Positions 35,309 to 46,109 of a DNA stretch of 64,000 nt are shown one piece after another. The position numbers and the translations under genes were made by a program. How positions within the stretch are numbered: position 1 is the first letter of the stretch; the number at the start of each line of letters is the position of its first letter. The stretch spans positions 4,724-68,723 of the IMG/VR virus record IMGVR_UViG_3300012206_000007; one strand, written 5' to 3'. The DNA is from a virus. Below the pieces are notes generated by a model. That model had not been told where the DNA came from and ran no database searches. It saw only the letters and a program-made list of their open reading frames with translations.

Positions 35309-36736
35309 ATGCTACCGAACATTGCGCCTACTGACTCTCAGCCCGTACCACAGCCCCTCTGGCTCTGGCCCACCGACCGCACGCGCTTCAAGGTTGGCGT
35401 CGGTCGCTGCGCCCGGGCCCGCTACCTCGGCTACCACTTCGACGGCGTGGGGCTGGCGCCTAAGGCCGAGAGCCTCCCGCTCGCGACGGGCCTCTACACC
35501 CACCAAGGGGTCGAAGCCTTCGGGCGCATCCTCGCGGAGCAGGACCGCCTCCCGACGCTCGAAGAGACACGCGAGATTGTCGCTAGGGTGCGCGCCGCCT
35601 ACGTCGCCAAAGTCGAAGCCCGTGGCTTCCTCGGCATCCTTGGCGGCGAGCAGACCACCGAGACCATCCTCGAGCAGTCGGCCCTGATTTCTGGCCTCCT
35701 CTGGGCCTTGCGCCTGAAGCTGCTGCCGTGGCTGCACCAGACCTACCGCCTGCTCTCGGTCGAGCAAGAGCGGCTGCACTTCCTCTCGTGCACCTGCGGC
35801 GCGGGCCCCTTGGACGCCGACGAACATGTCCGCCGCGAATGCCAGGGTGTCGTCCTGATGCTCCGCAGCGACCTCCTCGCCCAACGCCGTGGCGCCACCA
35901 CGCTGGCCTACTTCGAGGTCAAGACCACCGGCTGGGAATCCTCCGCGTGGGCGGAGCAGTGGGAAATCGACCCGCAACTCGGCCTCGGCACGCTGGATGT
36001 CGACCGCCTGTTCGGGGCCGAAGTTGCCGAACTCTACATCGTCGGCCTCAACAAAGGCCCCCGCCGACGTGAGAAGGACGAGCCCGAGGGCCGCCGCAAG
36101 CAGCTGAGCGCGCTCTGCTACGGCTATCGCCGTCCGGGCAATCCGCCGCTGCTGGCTGAGGAGTGGCTTCCGAGCTATGAGTGGACGACGGATGACGGCG
36201 AGACCAAACGAGCCAGCCGTGCGCATCGCCGCGCCGGTGTTTGGGAAATCCCCACGGGCGACTCGACCACATGGCGGGCCTACAGCAGTCAGGATCCCAG
36301 CCTCTCACCGGAAGAGTTCTGGGTGCGCCTTCTGCCGGCCTCCGTGCTCGACAAGGTCTGCTTCCTGCTCGGCCCCATGAACCGCCAAGACCAGCAAATT
36401 GCCTCGGTGCGCCGCGCCATGCTCGGCGAGGAGGCGCGTTGGCAGCAGGTCCTGTGGGACCTCTACGCGCTGCAGCAGACGCACCCCTGGGCCTCCGATG
36501 CCTACCAGGCGCGGCTCGATACGCTGGTGCCCCAGAGCTGGCAGTGCCGCCCCTTTGGGAAGGAGCACCAGTGCGCCTTTGTGCCGATTTGCTGTCGGGA
36601 AGCCGGGTGGGATGACCCACTCGCCAGTGACCGGTACGAAGCGCGGCGCCCCCACCATGTGCTGGAGGCCGACCAGTGGCGGGCACGCGGCATTGTCGTT
36701 GACGGAACCGGCAGCGCGGAAGGAGACGAGGCATGA
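35309..36736 (+). CDS. PD-(D/E)XK exonuclease (RecB/Cas4-like)
   Basis: CARARY, GLYTH, RSDLL...FEVKT, QL, and C-terminal C...CAFVPIC Fe-S-like cysteines. Confidence 0.75.
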   Translation: MLPNIAPTDSQPVPQPLWLWPTDRTRFKVGVGRCARARYLGYHFDGVGLAPKAESLPLATGLYTHQGVEAFGRILAEQDRLPTLEETREIVARVRAAYVAKVEARGFLGILGGEQTTETILEQSALISGLLWALRLKLLPWLHQTYRLLSVEQERLHFLSCTCGAGPLDADEHVRRECQGVVLMLRSDLLAQRRGATTLAYFEVKTTGWESSAWAEQWEIDPQLGLGTLDVDRLFGAEVAELYIVGLNKGPRRREKDEPEGRRKQLSALCYGYRRPGNPPLLAEEWLPSYEWTTDDGETKRASRAHRRAGVWEIPTGDSTTWRAYSSQDPSLSPEEFWVRLLPASVLDKVCFLLGPMNRQDQQIASVRRAMLGEEARWQQVLWDLYALQQTHPWASDAYQARLDTLVPQSWQCRPFGKEHQCAFVPICCREAGWDDPLASDRYEARRPHHVLEADQWRARGIVVDGTGSAEGDEA

Positions 36737-37968
36737 CCCATATCACCTGTAACACCTGCGGCAAAGCGGTCTCGCCCACGCCCTACGGCGTGTCACCCGA
36801 TGGGTGGCTCTCCGTCAGCCTGCGCGGCACCCCGTATGTGCCGCCCGCCGACTACTGCTCGGTGGCGTGCGCGATGAAAGGGCTGGAGGACCACGAGGCA
36901 TCGGAACGAGCGCTGGCTGGGCAAGCGCTCCTGCAGGACGCCCTCACCAGCGTGCCAGAGGACGACGTTGCCTGACCGCCTCGCGCTCGACGCGCACGCG
37001 CCCACCCGCCACTACCACGGCCCTGAGGCCGAGGCCGTAGCACCGTGGTCGTGCCCTGCGTGCGGCGTCCTGAATGTGGGGCGTATCGTGCTCGGCTGCT
37101 CGGCGTGTGGCGCAGGCGCACCGGGACGGCATGTGGACACGCCACCGCCAGACCCGCAGCGGCTGGACCGACGGCGGGATCCGCTCCCGCTTCGGCCAGA
37201 TCAGGCCGTCGCGTGGGCGCTCTATGGAGAGGCGCAGGACTGGGCCGCTCGGCACGCGACCGCCTCCTTGGCCGATGCCTTCGTCGCAGGCTACACGACG
37301 GCGACGCAGGGGATGAATCACTCGCGCGCTCCCGTCGCGATCGAGGCGCTCGCTCCTGAAGGCAAGGCACGCCGTACGATCATGGCGGCGCTCGACCTCT
37401 TCAAAGACCAGATCCTCAGCCAGCAGCCCGAGGAGATTGCGTCGGGCGAGTGGTGCTCGGTCGAGGAGACGGAGGCGTTGCTCGCCACGCTGCGTGCGGA
37501 GGACGGTGCCTAATGAAGAAGTGGCACGCCTCCACCTACAAGGGCCTCCCGCTCATCGATGCCGACGAGGACCTCAAGATTGAGGTCCTCACAGCGGACG
37601 TGGCCAAGTCTCGACGTAACGACCCGAGCAATTGTGCGGCGACCGTGGCATCGAAGCGCATCTTGAAGACAGACGTCGAGGTGCACCTCTCCCGCACCTA
37701 TGTGAAGGCTCCTGACGGGCAGGCGTGGATTCGGTTCCTCACGCCACAGTCCATCAGCCGGGAGATTACCGCATTCGACCGGCACGCAGCCTTCGAGCCG
37801 GGTGACTATGTGCTGAAAGCGCCCGCGGAGACGCAACGGCTCGGTCAGTGGGCGAAAAAGGCCCGCGTGCGAACGGTCACCAGCAAGAAGCGCGTGAAGC
37901 ACCATATGACCGCGAATGTGCGCGAGTCCGCGAAGCTGCCTGGCCAGATGAGGAGACGTGCGATATGA
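36733..37968 (+). CDS. Three hypothetical genes (36733-36975, 36968-37513, 37513-37968)
   Basis: Coupled ORFs; the first two carry CxxC pairs. Confidence 0.55.
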
Positions 37969-39491
37969 CCGAGCCGACCACCGCCACTGCCCCCGCGCCG
38001 ATGCACCGCATCTTCACCGCCACCCTCATCATGGGCGTCAGCGGCTCCGGTAAGACCTCCCTCTACAAAGGCTTCGCCGAATACCTCTGGGAGACCTATG
38101 GGAAGGTCCTCCTCCTCTACTCGTGGGATGGCGGCGCCATCCCGACCGATGTCCAGAAGCGGATGCGCCAAGGCCTGATCCGCTACTGGCGGGCCCGCAC
38201 GCGCTCGGCCCCCGGCCTCGCGCTCGAAACGCTCTACCTCGCCACCAAAGGCTACTGGCCCCGGCGCATCAACGCCGAGACCGGCGAAACGGCGCCCGCC
38301 ATCGAACTCGTCCCCCCCGTCACGGCCACCTACACGGTGACCTGCCCGAAGGGCCATGGCCTCAGCGTCGTGCCGACGCGCAGCCTGATTACGCCGACCT
38401 ACTGCACGCCCTGCCACGAGCTGATTGGCCCTGCCGCCCTACGCGTCGCTGAAAGCGTGCGCCCCACGAAGGGCTTTGAGTTGGTCGGCGGCGTGGGCTT
38501 CGATGGCCTCACCTCGATGACCCACATGGTGCTCGACCACATGGACCTCCAGCGCGGCGACGGCCTCATTGGCGGCGAGAAATCAGCCTTTGGCGGCATC
38601 GTCAGCAGTGGCGCGATCCGATTCGGGGGGAACAACCGCGCCGATATCGGCTTCGGCCAAAGCCGGGGACACCAGTTCGTCAATAACTCGCTGAGCATCC
38701 CAAACCTCGTGGAAGGGCCGGTCTGGACTGCGCTCACGACCGAAGTCACCGACGAAGGGGGCATGCCCATCGTCGGCGCCAAACTCCCCGGCCGCGCCGC
38801 GACGGAAGACGCGAGCAGTTGGTTCGGGAATGTGCTGGAAACCGGGAAACTCCTGAACGGCGAAGGCAAGAGTTGCTTCGCGTTGTGGTTGCAGCCCTTC
38901 ATCGACGCCCAGAACCGCCGCCACCTCCTCAAGTCCTCCGCGAGTCCGACGGGGGTGCCGGACAAGTTCGTCGACCCCCCCGAGGAGACTCATCAGCCCT
39001 ACACCGGCGTGAACCTCGGGCGCTTCTTCCGCCTGCTCGACCAGGATTTGCAGCGGGGGCCGCAGGAGGAGTTGCCCGGCGCGCCCGGCATCCCGTCCGC
39101 GATGATGGATTATGGTGAGCCGCTGACCGTGGCTGCTGCACCGGGTGCCGCACCTGTCTCGGGGGTCATCCAGCCCTTGCGCGTGGCGTCTCCTGCCCCG
39201 CCGGCCACATCCGCCTCGGTGGCGCCTCCCCCCACCTCACTGGTGGCCCCGGCGCCTGCCGCTGAGGGGCCACGGGTGAGCACGGGGATGCCGAAGGCGG
39301 GCGCGGCTGCACCGACGACGCAGGCACCATTGATGGTCGCCAAGCCGCGCCGGAAAGGGTCGCAGACCATCCCGTTGCCCGATCTGACGCCGCCCGCCCA
39401 AGCGCCGGTCGTAGCGGCGGCCCCTCCGGTTGGCGTGCCGCCCCCTGGTAAGCCACCCATGAAGGCCCCCGTGGGCGAGGTCCCGTTCTAA
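37965..39491 (+). CDS. AAA_24/Sak4-like ATPase (recombinase) with Zn-finger insert and Pro/Ala tail
   Basis: GVSGSGKT, FDGLTSM, KLPGRA; CPKGH...CTPC insert. Confidence 0.7.
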   Translation: MTEPTTATAPAPMHRIFTATLIMGVSGSGKTSLYKGFAEYLWETYGKVLLLYSWDGGAIPTDVQKRMRQGLIRYWRARTRSAPGLALETLYLATKGYWPRRINAETGETAPAIELVPPVTATYTVTCPKGHGLSVVPTRSLITPTYCTPCHELIGPAALRVAESVRPTKGFELVGGVGFDGLTSMTHMVLDHMDLQRGDGLIGGEKSAFGGIVSSGAIRFGGNNRADIGFGQSRGHQFVNNSLSIPNLVEGPVWTALTTEVTDEGGMPIVGAKLPGRAATEDASSWFGNVLETGKLLNGEGKSCFALWLQPFIDAQNRRHLLKSSASPTGVPDKFVDPPEETHQPYTGVNLGRFFRLLDQDLQRGPQEELPGAPGIPSAMMDYGEPLTVAAAPGAAPVSGVIQPLRVASPAPPATSASVAPPPTSLVAPAPAAEGPRVSTGMPKAGAAAPTTQAPLMVAKPRRKGSQTIPLPDLTPPAQAPVVAAAPPVGVPPPGKPPMKAPVGEVPF

Positions 39492-39501
39492 GGAGACGGC
39501 T

Positions 39502-39918
39502 GTGCCGACCTTCTACCAGTCGCAAGCCGACCGTCCTGAGCGCCCACGCGACCTCCCGGCCCGCGCCCCGAGTGCCGTCGCCGAGGAAGGCCCCAGTCGC
39601 ATCCGCGACCAGATCGCGCTGGGCGAGAAACTCTTGACCGCCGTGGCGGACGCCATCGCTCAACTCGAGCAGCGCCTCGATGCGGTGCTGGCACCGGTGG
39701 CGATCCTGACGAGCGCACCCCATCCGGGAGCCGTGGCGACGACCGTGTTGGAAGAACTCCCGCGTGCGGAAGGGCCTGAGGAGCCGATCGGTGGAGCCAC
39801 CGTCACAGTCGCCGCGCCCGTTGTGTCGCCTATTGCTGCGCGCCTCGGCCTCCTCAACGGGAGCATCACCCTGGTCGAGCAGCGCCTGCGCGACCTCGGG
39901 CGGCGTGTGGACATCTAG
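39502..39918 (+). CDS. Hypothetical coiled-coil protein
   Basis: AAGGAG SD. Confidence 0.55.
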   Translation: MPTFYQSQADRPERPRDLPARAPSAVAEEGPSRIRDQIALGEKLLTAVADAIAQLEQRLDAVLAPVAILTSAPHPGAVATTVLEELPRAEGPEEPIGGATVTVAAPVVSPIAARLGLLNGSITLVEQRLRDLGRRVDI

Positions 39919-40367
39919 CCATGAGACGAAACGCAGGACATCGCACGCATCGTTGCGGGTACGCCGGTGCGGATTGTCGACCCGGCGCATCCGCACTTTC
40001 GAGAGACCGGCATCTGGACGGGCAAGCTGATTCGGTTCACGTTCCCACCGTACGACCAGCTGGCTCACATCACGTTGGATCACTGTCGCCACGGCGTGGA
40101 GAGCTGTTACGTGTCACCGGGGCAGATCGAGCAGGACTGACAGGACAGGCCTCCAGACGGGGGTGCGGGCGAACCCGGACCATGGGTGTGTGGCACCGCC
40201 ACCGTAAGTCCCGTGATATGGCACCGAGCGTCCCAAGATCGCCGGGCCGCTCAGGACCAGGCGGTCGAATGGCTTCCACGTTGGGGGCACCGACAGCAGG
40301 CAGCGCAGCAGACAGCAGGGAGCCGCAGAAACCGTCAACGCACCACCAGCCGCAGAAGGAGTCTCAG

Positions 40368-41027
40368 ATGGGCAAATCGCTTCACGACCTCGGCCTCGCC
40401 GATGACCCCCTCCCCACCGCAGGCCAATCGCTGGCTGATCTCCCCGACTTTGGGGGCTTCCGCGAACCGCCTCAGCCAGGCAGCTACCGCTTCCAGCTCC
40501 CCGACGACCTCTCGACCATTTGGGACGTCTACGACACGCCCAGCAAAACGCCGCCGCAACGCGTGCGCGCGATTTTCGACCGCGAGCATCCGCTCCAGAT
40601 CGTGCAGAGCGCCAGCGGGCGCTACAACGGGGAGCCCTTCGAGGCGCGCCTCTCCAATGAGGAGCGCAACCGGGGCAAAGACCGCATCGCCAGCGACTTG
40701 GACTTCCTGCTGCGCGCGCTGGGCATCACCACCAAGCCGCGCAGCAATAGTGACTACATCCGCACCGTCCAGACGCAGGCCAAGAAGCAGTTTGGCGCTG
40801 ACATCCGCTTCTCCTGGAAGTGCGCGACGAATCGCAACATTCGGGTGCGTGACGCCAACGGGGCCATCCAGGAAGTTGAGGGGCACAAAGGCTGCGGCAC
40901 CGCCTACTACCAGGAGGACCTCCCCAATGGCGGGAAGCAGGCCGATGGGCAGGTGCCGACGCAGATCCAGTGCACCTGTGGGGCGCTCCTGCGGGCGTTC
41001 GCAAATTTGGACAACCTCCGGGCCTAG
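40368..41027 (+). CDS. Putative ssDNA-binding protein (DUF669-like) with Zn ribbon
   Basis: AAGGAG SD; F..P.PGSY motif; follows the Sak4-like ATPase. Confidence 0.5.
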   Translation: MGKSLHDLGLADDPLPTAGQSLADLPDFGGFREPPQPGSYRFQLPDDLSTIWDVYDTPSKTPPQRVRAIFDREHPLQIVQSASGRYNGEPFEARLSNEERNRGKDRIASDLDFLLRALGITTKPRSNSDYIRTVQTQAKKQFGADIRFSWKCATNRNIRVRDANGAIQEVEGHKGCGTAYYQEDLPNGGKQADGQVPTQIQCTCGALLRAFANLDNLRA

Positions 41028-41052
41028 GCAGGGGTACGCGTAGACTGGCGCA

Positions 41053-42270
41053 GTGCCCGCCTACTACAACGAGAACGACGCCTTCTGCGTCGCGTGGCTG
41101 AAGGCGCTGATTGCAGACGGGCTGATTGCGCCGGGTGATGTCGACGACCGCAGCATTGAGGCTGTGCAGCCGGAGGACCTCCGAGGCTATGACCAAGGCC
41201 ACTTCTTCGCCGGGATCGGGGGCTGGAGCTACGCCCTCCGCCTCGCCGACTGGCCAGACGACCGATTTGCTTGGACGGGCAGTTGCCCCTGCCAGCCCTT
41301 CTCGGTCGCGGGCAAAGGTGGCGGCCCAGCCGATCCCCGCCATCTTTGGCCAGCGTGGTTCCGCCTCATCGCAGAGTGCCGCCCTCCAGTCCTCTTTGCG
41401 GAGCAGGTTGGAGGACCGGCTGGCCTTGCGTGGCTCGACGCTGTTTACGCTGACTTGGAAGGAATTGGTTACGCCATCGGGGCGGTCGATCTCCCGGCTG
41501 CGAGCGTCGGCGCGCCGCATCGACGACAGCGCCTGTGGGTCGTGGCCGACACCGACGAAGGACGAAGTGGGTGGGACACCCGAGCAGTTCCTTGCGCGGA
41601 AAGTGGCACTCGGGGGGAGGTGCGGCGTGTCGCTGACGGCGCTGAATCTGGTCGCGGAGCTGGTGGCGTGGCCGACGCCCTGCCAGCAGGACGGCCCGAA
41701 CGGCGGACCGGCGCAGGGCACGGATCGTCTGCCAGCAGCAGCGATGGCGTCGTGGCCAAGTCCGAAGGCGAGCAATACGACAGGGGCAGGGACGCGTGGC
41801 GAGGGAGGCGAGAACCTCCAGACGATGGCGGGCTGGGCCACCCCGACCCGCCGCGATCACAAGGACGGCGCCTCGGACGGGACAGTACCGGTGAACGCCC
41901 TGCTCGGGCGGCAGGCGTGGCTAGCGGGCTGGCCCACCCCGGTGGGCCAAGATGCAGGAAACAGTACCCACTGCTACACCCACGGGAACCACGACCAGAT
42001 CGCGCTGAAGCTGCCGGGAGTGGTGCTTCTGACTTCTGGACCGACTGCGTCTGGCTCCCCTGCCGCGACGGCAGGTGGCGACCGACTCAACCCGGCCTTC
42101 AGCCTCTGGCTCATGGGATACCCCACCGGGTGGGCACGTTGCGCGGCGCAGGCAACAGCATCGTCGCACCGCTTGCGGCGGAATTCATCCGTGCCTACAG
42201 GGAAACCTGTGATGAAAGTCTGCACGGGATGCAAGCAGTCGAAACAATCGACGGAGTTCTTCCGAGATAA
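41053..42270 (+). CDS. C5 cytosine DNA methyltransferase, alpha chain
   Basis: HFFAGIGG (I), GSCPCQPFS (IV), EQV (VI), APHRRQRLW (VIII), GAGNSIV (X). Confidence 0.85.
   Translation: MPAYYNENDAFCVAWLKALIADGLIAPGDVDDRSIEAVQPEDLRGYDQGHFFAGIGGWSYALRLADWPDDRFAWTGSCPCQPFSVAGKGGGPADPRHLWPAWFRLIAECRPPVLFAEQVGGPAGLAWLDAVYADLEGIGYAIGAVDLPAASVGAPHRRQRLWVVADTDEGRSGWDTRAVPCAESGTRGEVRRVADGAESGRGAGGVADALPAGRPERRTGAGHGSSASSSDGVVAKSEGEQYDRGRDAWRGRREPPDDGGLGHPDPPRSQGRRLGRDSTGERPARAAGVASGLAHPGGPRCRKQYPLLHPREPRPDRAEAAGSGASDFWTDCVWLPCRDGRWRPTQPGLQPLAHGIPHRVGTLRGAGNSIVAPLAAEFIRAYRETCDESLHGMQAVETIDGVLPR
41189..42211 (+). CDS. C5 MTase beta chain in alternative frame (no stop; continues into EndoVII)
   Basis: Repeated WPTP units and the motif IX-like LNPAFSLWLMGYPTGW. 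Confidence 0.65.
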
Positions 42271-42676
42271 GCGACGGCCCCAAGGACGATTGGCTCGGTG
42301 CAAGCAGTGCAAGCGTGCCGCCTATCACCGTTGGCGAGTTGCGCATCCAGACATGGATAGGAACCGGTACTGGACACATCGGGATGCTGAACGGGAACGT
42401 CACTTGGTGAAGAAGTACGGAGTCACGTTCGCACGGTATGACGAACTGCTGGCACTGCAGGGCGGTAGGTGTGCCGTGTGCCACCACCTTGCGCCAAAGG
42501 GCCGCTTACTAGACGTGGACCACGATCATGCGACAGGGACAGTACGTGGCCTGCTCTGTACCGCCTGTAATCAGCTTCTTGGACACGCCCAGGATTCTGC
42601 TGCGCGCCTTCTAGAGGCAGCGCAGTATCTGTCCACGAGCACATCGCGGGTCCAGCCTGCACAAAAGGAGCGCCCG
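42212..42676 (+). CDS. Endonuclease VII-like homing endonuclease (no own stop)
   Basis: KYGVT..YDELLALQGGRCAVC, VDHDHATGTVRGLLCTACN. Confidence 0.85.
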
Positions 42677-42976
42677 ATGCCGAAGCGCCGTGAGACCACC
42701 TTGGCCGATGTCCTCGACTTCCTCCAAGGCGCCCATGTGGACGTGCAGAAGGCCGTACTCGGCCTTCTGAAGACGCGCGTGGCGGCAGCGGCTCCGCCGA
42801 AGCGGAAGATGCCGTCCGGCAGCCGACTGTCGCTCAGCGACGCGGCGCGTGAGTCGCTGGATGCCGCCGCACGGAAGCCGGCGAAGCCTGCGGCTAAGCC
42901 GCCCCAGACGGCGAAGCGCTCTGCCGCACCGGATGTGCCGCTGCCGTCCCTCAGTGGATTCCCCCCTACGTCCTGA
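42677..42976 (+). CDS. Small basic protein
   Basis: AAGGAG SD plus ATG, in frame with EndoVII. Confidence 0.5.
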   Translation: MPKRRETTLADVLDFLQGAHVDVQKAVLGLLKTRVAAAAPPKRKMPSGSRLSLSDAARESLDAAARKPAKPAAKPPQTAKRSAAPDVPLPSLSGFPPTS

Positions 42977-42979
42977 GCG

Positions 42980-44146
42980 ATGACGAAGACGCCTCTCCTC
43001 CTCGTCGGCGATGGCCCCGCCGAACCCACCGGTCTGGGTCGCATCTTGCGCGACCTCGGCACGCTCCTCGTCCAGAGTGACCTCCCGATCGACCTCGCCT
43101 CGGTCGGCGGGCCCGTCCCGCCCGTCTGGCGCGCGTGGCCGCACTACCCACTCGACGAGCGCCTGCACCGCGGCGAGGACTGGGGCGCAAGCTACGTCGA
43201 GCAGCTCTGGGCCAGCCACTTCGGCAGCCGCCCCGGCATCCTCTGGGTCATCTGGGACCCGAGTCGCTTGGTCTACTACCAGCACCTACAGGCCCCAGTC
43301 GTGAAGTGGGCCTATCCGGCGATTGATGCCGCCAACGGCGTGGGGACCATCGGCGGGCCAGCAGGTGAGGCACTCGCCTCGTGGGACCGCGTCATCGCCT
43401 ATGGCCGGTGGGCGAGCCAGATCATCAAGACGGTGCGGACTGAAGCCGTGCCCTACCTGCCGCACGGCCTCCACAGTGAGACCTATGATCCGGCGGCGAA
43501 CTATCTGTACCAGTCAGGGTGGGCGCACGACCAGCTCGGTCCCCACTGCAAAGGGAGCGACCTCGTCGTCGGCTGCGTCGCGACCAACCAGGCGCGCAAA
43601 GACCTCGGCCTCTACTTCCAGACGCTGGGCAAACTGAAGGACCGTGGCCTCCCCGTCTACGGCTGGCTCCACACCGACACACTGGTCAAGGCGTGGGCGA
43701 TTCCGCAACTGGTCGAGGACTGCGGCCTCGCGAAGCGGGTGACGGTCTCAACGCGCGCCTACACCGATGCCGAACTCGCCGCCTTGTATCGCGCGTGCGA
43801 CGTGACGATTGCTCCTGGGCTCGGCGAAGGGTTCGCGTACCCCATCGCCGAATCGTTGGCGAGTGGCACGCTGGTCGTGCACGGCGACTACGCCGGCGGA
43901 CGCGAACTCGTGCCGAAGCGCGAGTGGCGCTTCCCGGTGCGGGAGCTGCGACTGGAGGGCCTCTACGCCGTCCAGCGGCCGGTGTTCCGGGCCGAGGATG
44001 TCGCCAATGCGGTCGAGCGGGCGCTCGCGTGGCGCGACGCGGTGGGGCGGGAGACGGCGTCGTCGTATTGCACAGGCGCTGTCGCCCATCTCGACTGGCA
44101 GGCGCTGGCGGGGCGCTGGCTTGCCTGGGTGAAGGCGGGGCTGTGA
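42980..44146 (+). CDS. Glycosyltransferase (GT4, GT-B)
   Basis: TGLGRI, LPHGL, VATNQARKD, LYRACD...GEGFAYPIAESLASG. Confidence 0.85.
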   Translation: MTKTPLLLVGDGPAEPTGLGRILRDLGTLLVQSDLPIDLASVGGPVPPVWRAWPHYPLDERLHRGEDWGASYVEQLWASHFGSRPGILWVIWDPSRLVYYQHLQAPVVKWAYPAIDAANGVGTIGGPAGEALASWDRVIAYGRWASQIIKTVRTEAVPYLPHGLHSETYDPAANYLYQSGWAHDQLGPHCKGSDLVVGCVATNQARKDLGLYFQTLGKLKDRGLPVYGWLHTDTLVKAWAIPQLVEDCGLAKRVTVSTRAYTDAELAALYRACDVTIAPGLGEGFAYPIAESLASGTLVVHGDYAGGRELVPKREWRFPVRELRLEGLYAVQRPVFRAEDVANAVERALAWRDAVGRETASSYCTGAVAHLDWQALAGRWLAWVKAGL

Positions 44147-44568
44147 TGGCGTTCCATGTGCCCGAAGCCTCACGTGTGACCGACCATCCGGTCCTAGGGT
44201 CCACAGCGGACGCGGGGAATAACGGCGCCTTCGTCCTCGCCTCCCCAGAGCCGGGATGGCGCCTCATGCTGATCTGCAGCGATAGCGGGGAGGTGCCTGG
44301 CCTCCCCGCGTGGGAGCACGTCAGCGTCCACGCTGTGCGCGGTGGCACAGGGTCTCGTCTGCAGCAGCGCACGCCCTCGTGGAAGGAGATGGCCTTCGTC
44401 AAAGACCTCTGCTGGGACGACGACGATGTCGTCATGCAGCTCCACCCACGGAAGGCCGATTACGTCAACGACCATCCGCACACGCTGCATTTATGGCGCC
44501 CGATCGACCGGGAGATTCCTACGCCGCCTACGATCTTCATCGGGGTGGGACGGAAGGCGCCGCTGTGA
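44146..44568 (+). CDS. Conserved phage hypothetical protein
   Basis: WEHVSV...RTPSWKEM..VKDL...QLHP...YVN.H...LHLW. Confidence 0.7.
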   Translation: MAFHVPEASRVTDHPVLGSTADAGNNGAFVLASPEPGWRLMLICSDSGEVPGLPAWEHVSVHAVRGGTGSRLQQRTPSWKEMAFVKDLCWDDDDVVMQLHPRKADYVNDHPHTLHLWRPIDREIPTPPTIFIGVGRKAPL

Positions 44569-45257
44569 CGAACGAGAAGGCGCAGGCCCACACGACCAGC
44601 CGCATCTACGTCGTGCAGCCCGTCGAGGGTCCGTCCTTCCTCCTCGTCGAGGTCAGTATCGACTGCCCCGTGTGCGGCCAGCAGACGCTTCAGCTCGCGG
44701 GGCACCACCTGCGGCTGGTGCGCGATGTCATCCTCGAGGCGATGGACCGCCACCCCGAGCTGACATGCAGCGGGGAGTCGCAGATCGTGGAGCGATGGGA
44801 ACTGAAGGGAGTCGGCAATGACCCGACCACGAGCTAAGCCGGTGCAGCGATTGCCCGCGACGTGCGTGTGGACCGCCGATGACGAGGGCACCTGGGAGAC
44901 GGCCTGCGGGGAACGCTTCATCTTCACGACCGGCGGGCCCATTGAGAATCGCGCGAGTTTTTGCCCCTATTGTGGTCGGGGGATTCGGACGGCTGCGGTC
45001 CTCCGGGAAGGCAGGCGGCTATGACTCGAGCACGAGTTGAGAGCGAAGCGGGAGAGCGGCTGATGCTCATGCTGACGCCTGCTGAAGCCAAGCACCTCAT
45101 CGCGATCATCACGTTCGCGGAGGGGGCAGCCCTCGCCTATCCCACGGGCCTGTCGGAGGCGGTCACGTATCTCCTGCCGCTACGCCGCCGCCTGCTGGAA
45201 GCCTATCAGCCGCACTGGGCGCACGACCTCGCCAAGACGCTGGAGGAGGAAGGATGA
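44565..45257 (+). CDS. Three small genes (44565-44837, 44818-45024, 45021-45257)
   Basis: Coupled ORFs; CPVCG and FCPYCG Zn ribbons. Confidence 0.55.
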
Positions 45258-46108
45258 CGCTCGCCATCGTGACGGCCTCGACCAATGTGGAGCGGGCGCG
45301 GCCCTGCCTCGAAAGCTGGGTCCGTTGCGCGACGACGCCACCGCCGATCTTCATCGTCCTCAACGGCTGCGCGAATGTGTCGAAGGTCGAAGTCGCGGGT
45401 GTGCAAGCGGCGTGGATTCACCGCGACGCCTACCTCGGCACCGTCCCCGCATTCCGGCGTGGTATCGATCTTGCGCTGGCGTCTGGCGACTTCGGGATTC
45501 TGGCAGCCCTGCATGACGACTTCGAGATCAAGGAGCCGGGCTGGGACGAGAAGGTCCTGCGCTACTTCGCCCGGAATCCTGCCATGGGCCTCGCCGGCTT
45601 CGGCGGCGCCACAGGCCTCGGCGATCTCGACCTCTATGAGAAGCCCTATGACCCCATGAGCCTCGCGCGCGTGGGCTTCCGGAGCGACTTGGAAGACGCC
45701 GAGGCGCATGGGATGCGGAGCCTCCTCGCGGAGAAGGTCGCCGTGCTTGACGGCTTCAGTCAGTGCGGTCGGCGGGAGTTCTGGGAAGGCTATCCTGCGC
45801 CGAGCACACCGCACGATCAGCGATTCGAGCACTCGCCCTATGCACGTCCGTGGACTGTGCTGGAGGGCTTGGGGATCCACCATCATGCTTACGACGCCGG
45901 TCTTGGAGCACTCGCCGCACGTTACGGGTGGGAATGCTGGTATTTACCCCTGAGATGTCGCCACTACGGTGGCCAGACAGCAGTCGGCGATGTCGGCTAC
46001 CAAGCATGGGCGAAGACGCAAGATGTCAACGGCGACCAAGGCTTCTGGCAGCGCGCCCACGCTGCGATTTACGAGGCGTTCCGAGATCAACTTCCACTGC
46101 GTACCTGA
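45254..46108 (+). CDS. Glycosyltransferase (GT2-like, GT-A)
   Basis: CLESW, IVLNG, LHDD (DxD-like), VLDG, HAYD, HYGG. Confidence 0.75.
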   Translation: MTLAIVTASTNVERARPCLESWVRCATTPPPIFIVLNGCANVSKVEVAGVQAAWIHRDAYLGTVPAFRRGIDLALASGDFGILAALHDDFEIKEPGWDEKVLRYFARNPAMGLAGFGGATGLGDLDLYEKPYDPMSLARVGFRSDLEDAEAHGMRSLLAEKVAVLDGFSQCGRREFWEGYPAPSTPHDQRFEHSPYARPWTVLEGLGIHHHAYDAGLGALAARYGWECWYLPLRCRHYGGQTAVGDVGYQAWAKTQDVNGDQGFWQRAHAAIYEAFRDQLPLRT

Positions 46109-46109
46109 G

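Noticed and set aside
35309-36736. Cas4 as part of a CRISPR system
   Set aside because: Its context (Sak4-like ATPase, SSB) indicates a phage recombination exonuclease.
39921-40367. N-terminal extension of the SSB-like ORF
   Set aside because: Low-complexity translation; a strong SD precedes the ATG at 40368.
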